Source: Escherichia coli
GTDB taxonomy: Bacteria > Pseudomonadota > Gammaproteobacteria > Enterobacterales > Enterobacteriaceae
Strand: one strand, 5' to 3'
NCBI RefSeq assembly: GCF_003018255.1
Contig: NZ_CP027440.1
DNA: 64,000 bases
Below are positions 54,355 through 64,000 of the stretch, piece after piece. Below the pieces are notes generated by a model that made no database searches, had not been told where the DNA came from, and was given only the letters and a program-made list of their open reading frames with translations. Both the position numbers and the translations under genes were made by a program. Position 1 is the first letter of the stretch, and each line of letters opens with the position of its first letter.

Positions 54355-54804
54355 TTAAAATGTGCGCCTGGCCACCAGCCAGGCACCAACCACAAGTAAA
54401 ATTGCGCCACAAATTGGGCCGATCAACGCCCGTAGTGGTACGCCATGGCTGCGGAAGATATCCAGCACCAGACCGCCAATCAGCTGGCTGGCGACCAGTA
54501 CCGCAATAGTTGTCGCCGCTCCCACATTCTGATATCCGCTGATACTGGCGAAGACAAAAAACGATCCCAGCAAGCCAGGTATAAGTGTCCACCAGCGCAC
54601 GTTGGACACCAGTTCGCCAAACCCCGCCATACCTTGTTTAAACCATAAAATAGAAACAAAGAGCACAATTCCTACCAAAGAGTTCAGCAACATGGCGATG
54701 AGAATGGTAGAGGAGGTCTGGGTGATGCGCACCATCAGCGTGTTCTGGACTACCAGACCAATCCCGGCGGCAATCAAAAAAGCAAGGGTGAGCGACTGAT
54801 TCAT
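54355..54804 (-). CDS. ydcZ: DMT-superfamily inner membrane protein YdcZ (149 aa)
   Basis: Hydrophobic polytopic ORF. Confidence 0.8.
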   Translation of the reverse strand: MNQSLTLAFLIAAGIGLVVQNTLMVRITQTSSTILIAMLLNSLVGIVLFVSILWFKQGMAGFGELVSNVRWWTLIPGLLGSFFVFASISGYQNVGAATTIAVLVASQLIGGLVLDIFRSHGVPLRALIGPICGAILLVVGAWLVARRTF

Positions 54805-55319
54805 CAGATTGCGTCCGGTTCACTGCGTTCGTCGAGTTGCAACTGCATAAATGTCAGGTCCAGCCAGCGCCCAAATTTAGTGCCCACCTGCGGCATTTGC
54901 GCGGTGACGACAAATCCCAGCGACTGGTGCAGATGCAAAGACGCCTGATTTTGCGATTCGATCCCGGCGACCATGACATGCTTCCCGCAATCCCGCGCTT
55001 CATCAATCAATCGGCTTAACAATTTACGCCCCAGACCTTTGCCCTGATGATCGGGATGGACATAAACCGAATGTTCCACGGTATGGCGAAAACCATCGAA
55101 ACTACGCCAGTCGCCAAACGAGGCATATCCCGTCACTACGCCATCTTCTTCGCTCACCAGCACTGGATAACCTGCTATGGTCCGCGCTTCAAACCAGGCA
55201 ATGCGGTTATCTGCATCCACCGTTTGGTCATTCCAGATAGCCGCCGTATACAACACGGCGTGGTTATAAATTTCCGCAATGGCAGCACAGTCGGCTTTGC
55301 GGGCAAAACGGATGGACAT
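54804..55319 (-). CDS. mnaT: GNAT N-acetyltransferase MnaT/YncA (171 aa)
   Basis: MSIRFARKADCAAIAEIYNHAV... GNAT fold. Confidence 0.85.
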   Translation of the reverse strand: MSIRFARKADCAAIAEIYNHAVLYTAAIWNDQTVDADNRIAWFEARTIAGYPVLVSEEDGVVTGYASFGDWRSFDGFRHTVEHSVYVHPDHQGKGLGRKLLSRLIDEARDCGKHVMVAGIESQNQASLHLHQSLGFVVTAQMPQVGTKFGRWLDLTFMQLQLDERSEPDAI

Positions 55320-55397
55320 GTTTGGCCTCGATTAAATAATGATGATGACGTTATCAATACTATCGAAAACAGCCCGAAGCAACGGATTCCTCGATGA

Positions 55398-56538
<1,141 letters not shown>

Positions 56539-56735
56539 AGTTTCAACGGCGGCGTAAGCCGCCATAAAAATCCAGGCAAAAAGCTTATTTTCAGCTTTAA
56601 TTAACTAACCACGTCATTGTTCTGCTGCTAATAACAACAAAGGTGAGTGGTTTATGATTATTCACTTTAATACACCAGGTGAACTCCTTCTGCCATGCAG
56701 GCAGGGTTGGACAGAAAACACGCGAAGGAATTAAA

Positions 56736-57401
56736 ATGCCTGGAACGGAAAAAATGAAACATGTCAGTTTGACTCTGCAGGTTGAGAACGACCTGAAACA
56801 TCAGCTTAGTATTGGCGCATTAAAACCTGGCGCACGCCTGATTACTAAAAATCTGGCGGAGCAATTAGGTATGAGTATTACACCTGTGCGTGAAGCATTA
56901 TTACGTCTGGTTTCGGTGAATGCGCTTTCTGTCGCACCAGCGCAAGCATTTACAGTTCCGGAAGTGGGGAAACGTCAATTAGACGAAATCAATCGGATCC
57001 GCTACGAGCTGGAATTAATGGCAGTTACTCTGGCTGTTGAAAACCTCACCCCGCAAGACCTGGCGGAACTCGAGGAATTGCTCGAGAAATTACAGCAGGC
57101 GCAAGAAAAGGGCGACATGGAACAAATCATTAATGCGAACAGGCTATTTCGCTTAGCGATTTATCATCGTTCAAATATGCCCATCCTGTGTGAGATGATT
57201 GAGCAACTGTGGGTCAGGATGGGACCTGGTTTACATTATCTCTATGAAGCGATTAATCCAGCGGAATTACGGGAGCGTATAGAAAACTATCGTCTATTAC
57301 TCGCCGCGTTAAAAGCAAAAGACAAAGAGGGATGCAGACATTGTCTTGCTGAAATTATGCAACAAAATATTGCTATTTTATACCAGCAATACAATCGTTA
57401 A
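56736..57401 (+). CDS. mcbR: GntR/FadR-family regulator McbR (221 aa)
   Basis: Internal Met gives MPGTEKMKHVSLTLQVENDLKHQLSIGALKPGARLITKNLAEQLGMSITPVREALLRL. Confidence 0.85.
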   Translation: MPGTEKMKHVSLTLQVENDLKHQLSIGALKPGARLITKNLAEQLGMSITPVREALLRLVSVNALSVAPAQAFTVPEVGKRQLDEINRIRYELELMAVTLAVENLTPQDLAELEELLEKLQQAQEKGDMEQIINANRLFRLAIYHRSNMPILCEMIEQLWVRMGPGLHYLYEAINPAELRERIENYRLLLAALKAKDKEGCRHCLAEIMQQNIAILYQQYNR

Positions 57402-57436
57402 ATTAAATGCCCGGCAAATACCGGGCATCAAGGTAA

Positions 57437-59539
57437 TTACTCAAATCGCCACGCAATATTCATGCCGACACCATAATTTCGCCCGGGCGCAGGTTCGTAA
57501 TATCGCCCGTTTGACTCATTGACAATGACAGAGCCAACGTATTCTTTATCGAATAAATTATCGACACGACCAAATAAATCCACAGTTAAATTGTGGTAAT
57601 TGTATTTATACCCGGTGAATAAGCCGACGAGAGTATAAGACGGCGCTTTGGCCGTATTTTCATCATCTGCCATAATATCGCCCATATAACGCGCTTCCGT
57701 ACCTGCATACCAGCCATCTTCCGGTACATAACCTATCGACGCAAAGCCCATATTACGGGCGATCCCTGGCATCCGGTTACCGTTACAATCCTGTTCATTG
57801 CAAACATTGCTGCGATAGGTCGCATCAAGCCAGGTCCAGGACGCTTTTACGCGAAAATCTCCCGCGAAACGTTGATCCCATGCCAGTTCAGCGCCTTGAC
57901 GACGGGTCTTTCCGGCATTTTTGTAAGTCGTACGCCCACCGCTACTGCTATCGACAACAATTTCATCATCGGTGTCGGTCTGGAACAATGCGAGACTAAG
58001 CAGCCCATCACCAATACGCGTTTTACTGCCGATCTCAATTGTATCGTTGGTGGAGGGTTTTAAACCAAAGTTCATACCGCTTTGCCCATCAGCGCGATAA
58101 GACAGCTCATTAATCGTCGGCGTTTCAAAACCGCGCCCGGCTGCCAGATAGACATTCCAGGCATCGGTCATTGCATATTTTAACGATCCGGCTGGTAGCC
58201 ATTTGTGATAACTGGCATCACCGCTGTCGTCGCCGTTACCCGGAGTAACGTAATGATCATTGGAATCAAACCACACAGAGCTGTAGCGCACGCCAGCATC
58301 CAGCGAAAGTTTGTCGGTCAGTTGCCACTGGGTTTGTAAATAGGGATCGACGTTCCACATCAAATTGCGTTCGTCGCGGCGCAACTCACCTTTTTGCCCG
58401 TATTCCGGCACGCCGCGATTCAGGCGGAAGTTATTGTAACCCTTGCGGTTTTCACTCATGTTTTCGTAGTTCAGGCCGGTTGTGAACGTGACTGGAACGC
58501 CCAATTCACCACGGTGTGTCCAGCGGCTGTCTATCCCCTGGTAATGGCGTTGCAGGGTAATCACGCCGCCCGCATGTGACGGGTTAAGTTGCGGGGACAT
58601 GGGGATTGACTGGTACTGGGTCGTTTCTCGCTCTCCGGCATACATCATTACACTCATATCATCTTGCGCGCTCAGGCTACGTTCATAGCGCAACCCAGCC
58701 TGAGTTTGCTTGATGGTTTTTCGCGTGTCGTACTGTTCTGCACGGGGCGCTTGTTGTGGATTCGCCTTCCATTCTGCTTCGGTTAGCCCACCTGGGTCAT
58801 CTGCTTTGATATCCACACTATTGAAAATCAGGCTTAATTTGCTGGCGTCATCAATGCGAACGCCCAGTTTGGCATTGGCTAAATTTTTCTGTGCGCCACT
58901 ATGATCACGATAGCCGTGGGTCGTAAAGCGCGTGGTTGAGACGGTGTAATCGACATCGCCTGGCTGTGTGCCGTCTCCCGTTGCGCCCGTTGCTTTCAGC
59001 CCATAGCGCCAGCTGCCAAAACTGCCGTAGTAACTACTGGCTTCAATGGTTGGTGGCTGTTGTCCGGTCTGGGTGATGACATTCATTACACCGCCAGACG
59101 CGTTGCCATACAGAGCAGAGAAGGGGCCACGCAGCACTTCCACATTTTGCACACTGCTTAAATCGATATTGGATGTCTGCCCTTGTCCGTCGGGCATGGT
59201 AGCGGGAATACCGTCAACATACAGGCGAATACCGCGAATTCCGTAAGTGGAGCGGGAGCCAAATCCGCGAATCGACAGCTGTAAATCTTGCGCATAGTTC
59301 TGCCGGTTTTGTACCTGCAAACCAGGCACGCCAGTCAGTGATTCAGACAAGTTAATGCGCGGTGTTGCCAGGCGCATCTCCTCGCCATCCACCACGCTCA
59401 CGGCTGCTGGGGTATCCAGTTCTGAAATCACCTGCGGCGCGGCACTGACAATCATGGTCTGTTCATCAGCGGCAAAAACGGTGGGGGAAAGGACAAGCAG
59501 CGCGGGAAAAACGGTCTGTCGGACGGAAAAAATCTTCAT
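57437..59539 (-). CDS. yncD: TonB-dependent outer membrane receptor YncD (700 aa)
   Basis: Signal peptide, plug and barrel sequence, C-terminal aromatic (ends AWRFE). Confidence 0.88.
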   Translation of the reverse strand: MKIFSVRQTVFPALLVLSPTVFAADEQTMIVSAAPQVISELDTPAAVSVVDGEEMRLATPRINLSESLTGVPGLQVQNRQNYAQDLQLSIRGFGSRSTYGIRGIRLYVDGIPATMPDGQGQTSNIDLSSVQNVEVLRGPFSALYGNASGGVMNVITQTGQQPPTIEASSYYGSFGSWRYGLKATGATGDGTQPGDVDYTVSTTRFTTHGYRDHSGAQKNLANAKLGVRIDDASKLSLIFNSVDIKADDPGGLTEAEWKANPQQAPRAEQYDTRKTIKQTQAGLRYERSLSAQDDMSVMMYAGERETTQYQSIPMSPQLNPSHAGGVITLQRHYQGIDSRWTHRGELGVPVTFTTGLNYENMSENRKGYNNFRLNRGVPEYGQKGELRRDERNLMWNVDPYLQTQWQLTDKLSLDAGVRYSSVWFDSNDHYVTPGNGDDSGDASYHKWLPAGSLKYAMTDAWNVYLAAGRGFETPTINELSYRADGQSGMNFGLKPSTNDTIEIGSKTRIGDGLLSLALFQTDTDDEIVVDSSSGGRTTYKNAGKTRRQGAELAWDQRFAGDFRVKASWTWLDATYRSNVCNEQDCNGNRMPGIARNMGFASIGYVPEDGWYAGTEARYMGDIMADDENTAKAPSYTLVGLFTGYKYNYHNLTVDLFGRVDNLFDKEYVGSVIVNESNGRYYEPAPGRNYGVGMNIAWRFE

Positions 59540-59780
59540 GAAAAAAGCCAGGTTAAGAATGGGAAAACACCGTCATGGTAATAAAATTGTAAATTTATGG
59601 AAAACGAAACGGCACGATATGTTAAGTAATTGAGAAAATTGTAGTCGTAACGGCAAGAAATGCTCCACATTTGAGAAAATAATGATTACCATTCCCATTT
59701 ATAACAAGAGCGTAACGATGATTACGCTTAGCGAAGCATTGTGAAGCAGCAAAAATATCGGTTCATCAAAGGGAGTCGTC

Positions 59781-60842
59781 ATGCATTTACGTCATCTGTT
59801 TTCATCGCGCCTGCGTGGTTCATTACTGTTAGGTTCATTGCTTGTTGCTTCATCATTCAGTACGCAGGCCGCAGAAGAAATGCTGCGTAAAGCGGTAGGT
59901 AAAGGTGCCTACGAAATGGCTTATAGCCAGCAAGAAAACGCGCTGTGGCTCGCCACTTCGCAAAGCCGCAAACTGGATAAAGGCGGCGTGGTTTATCGTC
60001 TTGATCCGGTTACTCTGGAAGTGACGCAGGCGATCCATAACGATCTCAAGCCGTTTGGTGCTACCATCAATAACACGACTCAGACGTTGTGGTTTGGTAA
60101 CACTGTAAACAGCGCGGTCACGGCGATAGATGCCAAAACGGGCGAAGTGAAAGGCCGTCTGGTGCTGGATGATCGTAAGCGCACTGAAGAGGTGCGCCCG
60201 CTGCAACCGCGTGAGCTGGTGGCAGACGATGCCACGAACACCGTTTACATCAGTGGTATTGGTAAAGAGAGCGTGATTTGGGTCGTTGATGGCGAGAATA
60301 TCAAACTGAAAACCGCCATCCAGAACACCGGTAAAATGAGTACCGGTTTAGCGCTGGATAGCAAAGGCAAACGTCTTTACACCACTAACGCTGACGGCGA
60401 ATTGATTACCATCGACACCGCCGACAATAAAATCCTCAGCCGTAAAAAGCTGCTGGATGACGGCAAAGAGCACTTCTTTATCAACATCAGCCTTGATACC
60501 GCAAGGCAGCGTGCATTTATCACCGACTCTAAAGCGGCAGAAGTGTTAGTGGTCGATACCCGTAATGGCAATATTCTGGCGAAGGTTGCGGCACCGGAAT
60601 CACTGGCTGTGCTGTTTAACCCCGCGCGTAATGAAGCCTACGTGACGCATCGTCAGGCAGGTAAAGTCAGTGTGATTGACGCGAAAAGCTATAAAGTGGT
60701 GAAAACGTTCGATACGCCGACTCATCCGAACAGCCTGGCACTGTCTGCCGATGGCAAAACGCTGTATGTCAGTGTGAAACAAAAATCCACTAAACAGCAG
60801 GAAGCTACCCAGCCGGACGATGTGATTCGTATTGCGCTGTAA
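59781..60842 (+). CDS. yncE: Periplasmic beta-propeller protein YncE (353 aa)
   Basis: Signal peptide MHLRHLFSSRLRGSLLLGSLLVASSFSTQA and repeated propeller blades. Confidence 0.88.
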   Translation: MHLRHLFSSRLRGSLLLGSLLVASSFSTQAAEEMLRKAVGKGAYEMAYSQQENALWLATSQSRKLDKGGVVYRLDPVTLEVTQAIHNDLKPFGATINNTTQTLWFGNTVNSAVTAIDAKTGEVKGRLVLDDRKRTEEVRPLQPRELVADDATNTVYISGIGKESVIWVVDGENIKLKTAIQNTGKMSTGLALDSKGKRLYTTNADGELITIDTADNKILSRKKLLDDGKEHFFINISLDTARQRAFITDSKAAEVLVVDTRNGNILAKVAAPESLAVLFNPARNEAYVTHRQAGKVSVIDAKSYKVVKTFDTPTHPNSLALSADGKTLYVSVKQKSTKQQEATQPDDVIRIAL

Positions 60843-60923
60843 TAGATATGGCGAGGGTGAAAATGGAGAGACTTGCCTGACTTTTATCACGCCGTATCCG
60901 GCACCTTCGTCAGTAATTTGAAT

Positions 60924-60950
60924 TTGCCCGGCACGTAGCCGGGCAATTTT
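60924..60950 (+). terminator. Rho-independent terminator after yncE
   Basis: Hairpin TTGCCCGGC-ACGTA-GCCGGGCAA followed by TTTT. Confidence 0.6.
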
Positions 60951-60954
60951 GCAA

Positions 60955-62454
60955 TTAGCTCGCCGTTTCAGGCTTAAACACAATTTCCTGTTTTTCTTCA
61001 TCTTCCTCGACGACTGGCGCAGTGCTGTGAATTTCAGCAACGCGTTTGCGCACACCAAACCAGCCTATAACCAGCAGAATACCGATAATCGGCAGCGCCG
61101 CGATAGTATAAGTCCCGTTCGGGTAATCGAACGCCATCAGCACAAGGACGCTCAGCAAAAACAGTAATGTCAGCCAGGAAGTGAAGGGCGCGCCAGGCAG
61201 TTTAAAACTGACATCCGCTGCTTTGCCTTCTTTAATCGCTTTACGCAGGCGCATCTGGCACACGATGATAAACGCCCATGAAGCGATGATTCCCAGCGAC
61301 GCGAAGTTCAACACAATCTCAAATACGCGCGACGGCACCAGATAGTTGAGGAATACGCCGACGACATACACAACCAGTGTCGCCAGAATCCCGGCATACG
61401 GCACATGCTGACGACTCATTTTCGCCATAAAACTCGGTGCGGAACCGCCCATCGCCATCGAGCGCAGAATACGTCCGGTGCAGTACAGACCTGAGTTCAG
61501 GCTGGAGAGGGCAGCGGTCAGCACCACAATGTTCATAATGCTGCCGATGTACGGCACACCCAGTTTAGAGAAAAACGTCACGAACGGACTTTGCCCCGCC
61601 TGATACGCGCTCCACGGCAATAACATAACCAGCAACACCACGGAGCCGACGTAAAACAGGCCAATACGCCAAATCACACTGTTAATCGCTTTAGGCACCA
61701 TGGTCTGCGGATCTTTACATTCTCCGGCAGCTGTACCCACCATTTCAATGGAGGCAAAAGCAAACACTACGCCCTGAATCAACACCAGCGCAGGTAGCAA
61801 ACCGTGGGGGAAGAAGCCGCCGTTATCGGTAATTAAATGAAAGCCAGTGGTGTTGCCATCCAGCGGCTGACCACTACCGAGGAACACTGTACCCACGACC
61901 AAAAAGGTCACAATGGCGAGCACTTTAATAAGCGCAAACCAGAACTCCATCTCGGCAAACCATTTCACACCAATCATATTCATGGTGCCAACGATGGTCA
62001 GCGCAGCGAGCGCAAAGACCCACTGCGGTACACCACCAAATGCGCCCCAGTAATGCATATACAGTGCAACGGCGGTAATATCGACAATCCCCGTCATCGC
62101 CCAGTTGATGAAGTACATCCAGCCTGCAACATAAGCGGCTTTCTCACCCAAAAACTCACGGGCATAAGAGACAAAACTGCCACTGGAAGGGCGGTGTAGC
62201 ACCAGCTCACCCAATGCACGCAGAATAAAAAACGAAAACAAGCCGCAGATTAAATAGACCAGTGCCAGTGCTGGCCCCGCCATTTGCAGTCGGGCTCCCG
62301 CGCCTAAAAACAAACCCGTACCAATCGCGCCGCCAATGGCGATCATCTGCACCTGGCGATTGCCCATCGCTTTGTGATACCCCTCTTCGTGGGCATTAAG
62401 CCAGCGGCGTTTCGCGGCGTGCTGATCTGAAGTGTCGGTGTCGTGTTTACTCAT
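60955..62454 (-). CDS. ansP: L-asparagine permease, APC family (499 aa)
   Basis: Internal Met gives MSKHDTDTSDQHAAKRRWLNAHEEGYHKAMGNRQVQMIAIGGAIGTGLFLG. Confidence 0.9.
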   Translation of the reverse strand: MSKHDTDTSDQHAAKRRWLNAHEEGYHKAMGNRQVQMIAIGGAIGTGLFLGAGARLQMAGPALALVYLICGLFSFFILRALGELVLHRPSSGSFVSYAREFLGEKAAYVAGWMYFINWAMTGIVDITAVALYMHYWGAFGGVPQWVFALAALTIVGTMNMIGVKWFAEMEFWFALIKVLAIVTFLVVGTVFLGSGQPLDGNTTGFHLITDNGGFFPHGLLPALVLIQGVVFAFASIEMVGTAAGECKDPQTMVPKAINSVIWRIGLFYVGSVVLLVMLLPWSAYQAGQSPFVTFFSKLGVPYIGSIMNIVVLTAALSSLNSGLYCTGRILRSMAMGGSAPSFMAKMSRQHVPYAGILATLVVYVVGVFLNYLVPSRVFEIVLNFASLGIIASWAFIIVCQMRLRKAIKEGKAADVSFKLPGAPFTSWLTLLFLLSVLVLMAFDYPNGTYTIAALPIIGILLVIGWFGVRKRVAEIHSTAPVVEEDEEKQEIVFKPETAS

Positions 62455-62720
62455 TGCTCTCCCTGATTGCTTTAATGAAAAAGTCATATAAGTTGCCATG
62501 AACAATGTTTATTCATCCTGGCGATGATAGTTATCACCATTATTCTTTATGGGTATAAAACTATCGGCGCAGCATCCTACCCGTTATCGATAAACGATGC
62601 AAAACATCCCCTTACAATTCTGAAGGGGATTCATACAACTGACGAAAAAATGACAAATACTTTTGCTGGTTAACCTGTGTGCTGTCCTAGACTTAATCTT
62701 TAAAAGATTGTGAGGGGCAT

Positions 62721-63338
62721 ATGATTAAGGTGCATGGCGTACCCGGATGGGGCACTACAATCAGTGAGATGATGCTAACACTGGCTGATATTCCTTATCA
62801 GTTCGTTGATGTCAGTGGTTTTGACCACGAGGGAACTTCACGCGAGTTATTGAAAACCCTGAACCCGTTGTGTCAGATTCCGACACTGGCGCTGGAAAAT
62901 GACGAGATTATGACGGAGACAGCGGCGATTGCATTGATGGTTCTCGATCGTCGCCCGGACCTTGCGCCACCGGTTGGGCGCGCCGAACGTCAGCAGTTTC
63001 AACGGCTATTGGTCTGGCTGGTTGCTAATGTCTATCCAACATTCACTTTCGCCGATTACCCTGAGCGTTGGGCTCCTGACGCACCCGAACAGTTAAAGAA
63101 TAATGTTATTGAATATCGTAAATCGCTTTATATCTGGCTGAATTCACAATTGACCGCTGAACCTTATGCGTTTGGTGAGCAACTAACGCTGGTGGACTGT
63201 TATCTTTGCACCATGCGCACATGGGGGCCGGGGCATGAATGGTTTCACGATAATGCGCAGAATATCAGCTCGATCGCTGAAGCTGTATGTCAGTTACCGA
63301 AATTACAAGAAGTATTAAAAAGGAATGAAATTATTTGA
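62721..63338 (+). CDS. yncG: Glutathione S-transferase-like protein YncG (205 aa)
   Basis: MIKVHGVPGWGTTISEMMLTLADIPYQFVDV...; GST-like fold. Confidence 0.85.
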   Translation: MIKVHGVPGWGTTISEMMLTLADIPYQFVDVSGFDHEGTSRELLKTLNPLCQIPTLALENDEIMTETAAIALMVLDRRPDLAPPVGRAERQQFQRLLVWLVANVYPTFTFADYPERWAPDAPEQLKNNVIEYRKSLYIWLNSQLTAEPYAFGEQLTLVDCYLCTMRTWGPGHEWFHDNAQNISSIAEAVCQLPKLQEVLKRNEII

Positions 63339-63413
63339 ATGGGATACCAGAAGATTATGTTATTTATTATTCAGTAACTTTATCCACAATGATGGACGTA
63401 ATTAATTAGATTC

Positions 63414-63626
63414 ATGTTATGTTTTTTAATTTATATCACTCTCCCTTTCATTCAGCTTGTTTATTTCATTTCCTCTGAAAAGAAACTAACTATTCACATT
63501 GTGCAGATGTTTCAGTTGTTATCACAGGCATTCTATAATCTCAAAATGTTTTTAATGATGGATATGCTCGGAGTTGGAGATGCAATTAATATTAATACAA
63601 ATAAAAATATCCGGCAGGTATGCTAA
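63414..63626 (+). CDS. yncH: Small hypothetical protein, possibly YncH (70 aa)
   Basis: 70-aa ORF at the K-12 yncH position; AT-rich, no recognisable motif. Confidence 0.5.
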   Translation: MLCFLIYITLPFIQLVYFISSEKKLTIHIVQMFQLLSQAFYNLKMFLMMDMLGVGDAININTNKNIRQVC

Positions 63627-64000
63627 AAGGATAAATGGCGTTCTCTGTATTTATTCGCGATTATCTGTAGGACAAATATGGAGCGCTTGATGAGTCAGAG
63701 CTAAAACAGCAATTGATAAATAAACATGTTGATTTATTCAAGAAAATGGATGTATTTCAAATATTGATTCTTAATATAACCTAATCAATAGATTATCACG
63801 TGAGAGCTGCACATTATTGGAGGGGCAGGGGAAAACACCATTTTGGGAACAATGAATCAGGTACTCTTACCACTGAAGCAAGATCATCCGGGCACCAGGT
63901 GGTGGTGCAGTGCTTTGGAAATGGTCCCCTCGGGGGAGTTGTCATTATTTTCTATGCTATTTGCTTATGATATTCATCAGGTGAATTTAATAAATTCCTA

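Noticed and set aside
63627-64000. AT-rich right-edge region with a possible start (ATGAATCAGG) near 63853
   Set aside because: Too little sequence to support a call; no RBS or recognisable product before the window ends.

Overview
This window reads as Escherichia coli (or Shigella-like) chromosome, collinear with the K-12 uspF-ompN-ydbK ... hrpA ... trg ... tehAB ... ydcSTUV-patD ... yncD-yncE-ansP-yncG segment. Gene identities below come from reading the supplied ORF translations and my own hand translations against remembered K-12 proteins; no database search was run. About 60 protein genes and two sRNAs (micC, rydC) are called, plus three toxin systems (hokB/mokB, hicAB, ortT). No CRISPR array, IS element, rRNA or tRNA was seen. 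I did not find a convincing novel multi-gene system. The window differs from K-12 as I remember it in four ways: (1) the left edge is the 5' end of a sitA-like Mn/Fe ABC-transporter gene with MntR-box and Fur-box palindromes in its promoter, where K-12 has the Rac prophage; (2) only the 3' end of feaR remains, abutting paaY, so feaB-tynA-paaZ-paaA..K and most of paaX appear deleted, and ydbA is also missing; (3) gapC is an intact 333-aa ORF and there is no insQ between ydcL and ydcO; (4) several genes carry apparent inactivating lesions: ydbD (an 11-copy GTAAC microsatellite putting in-frame TAA stops in the ORF, plus a later frameshift), ynbD (in-frame TAG), curA (single extra base) and possibly the small ORF yncL. 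Whether these are real pseudogenes or assembly errors cannot be decided from the sequence alone. A structured tandem-repeat array upstream of ydcL is also worth a look.
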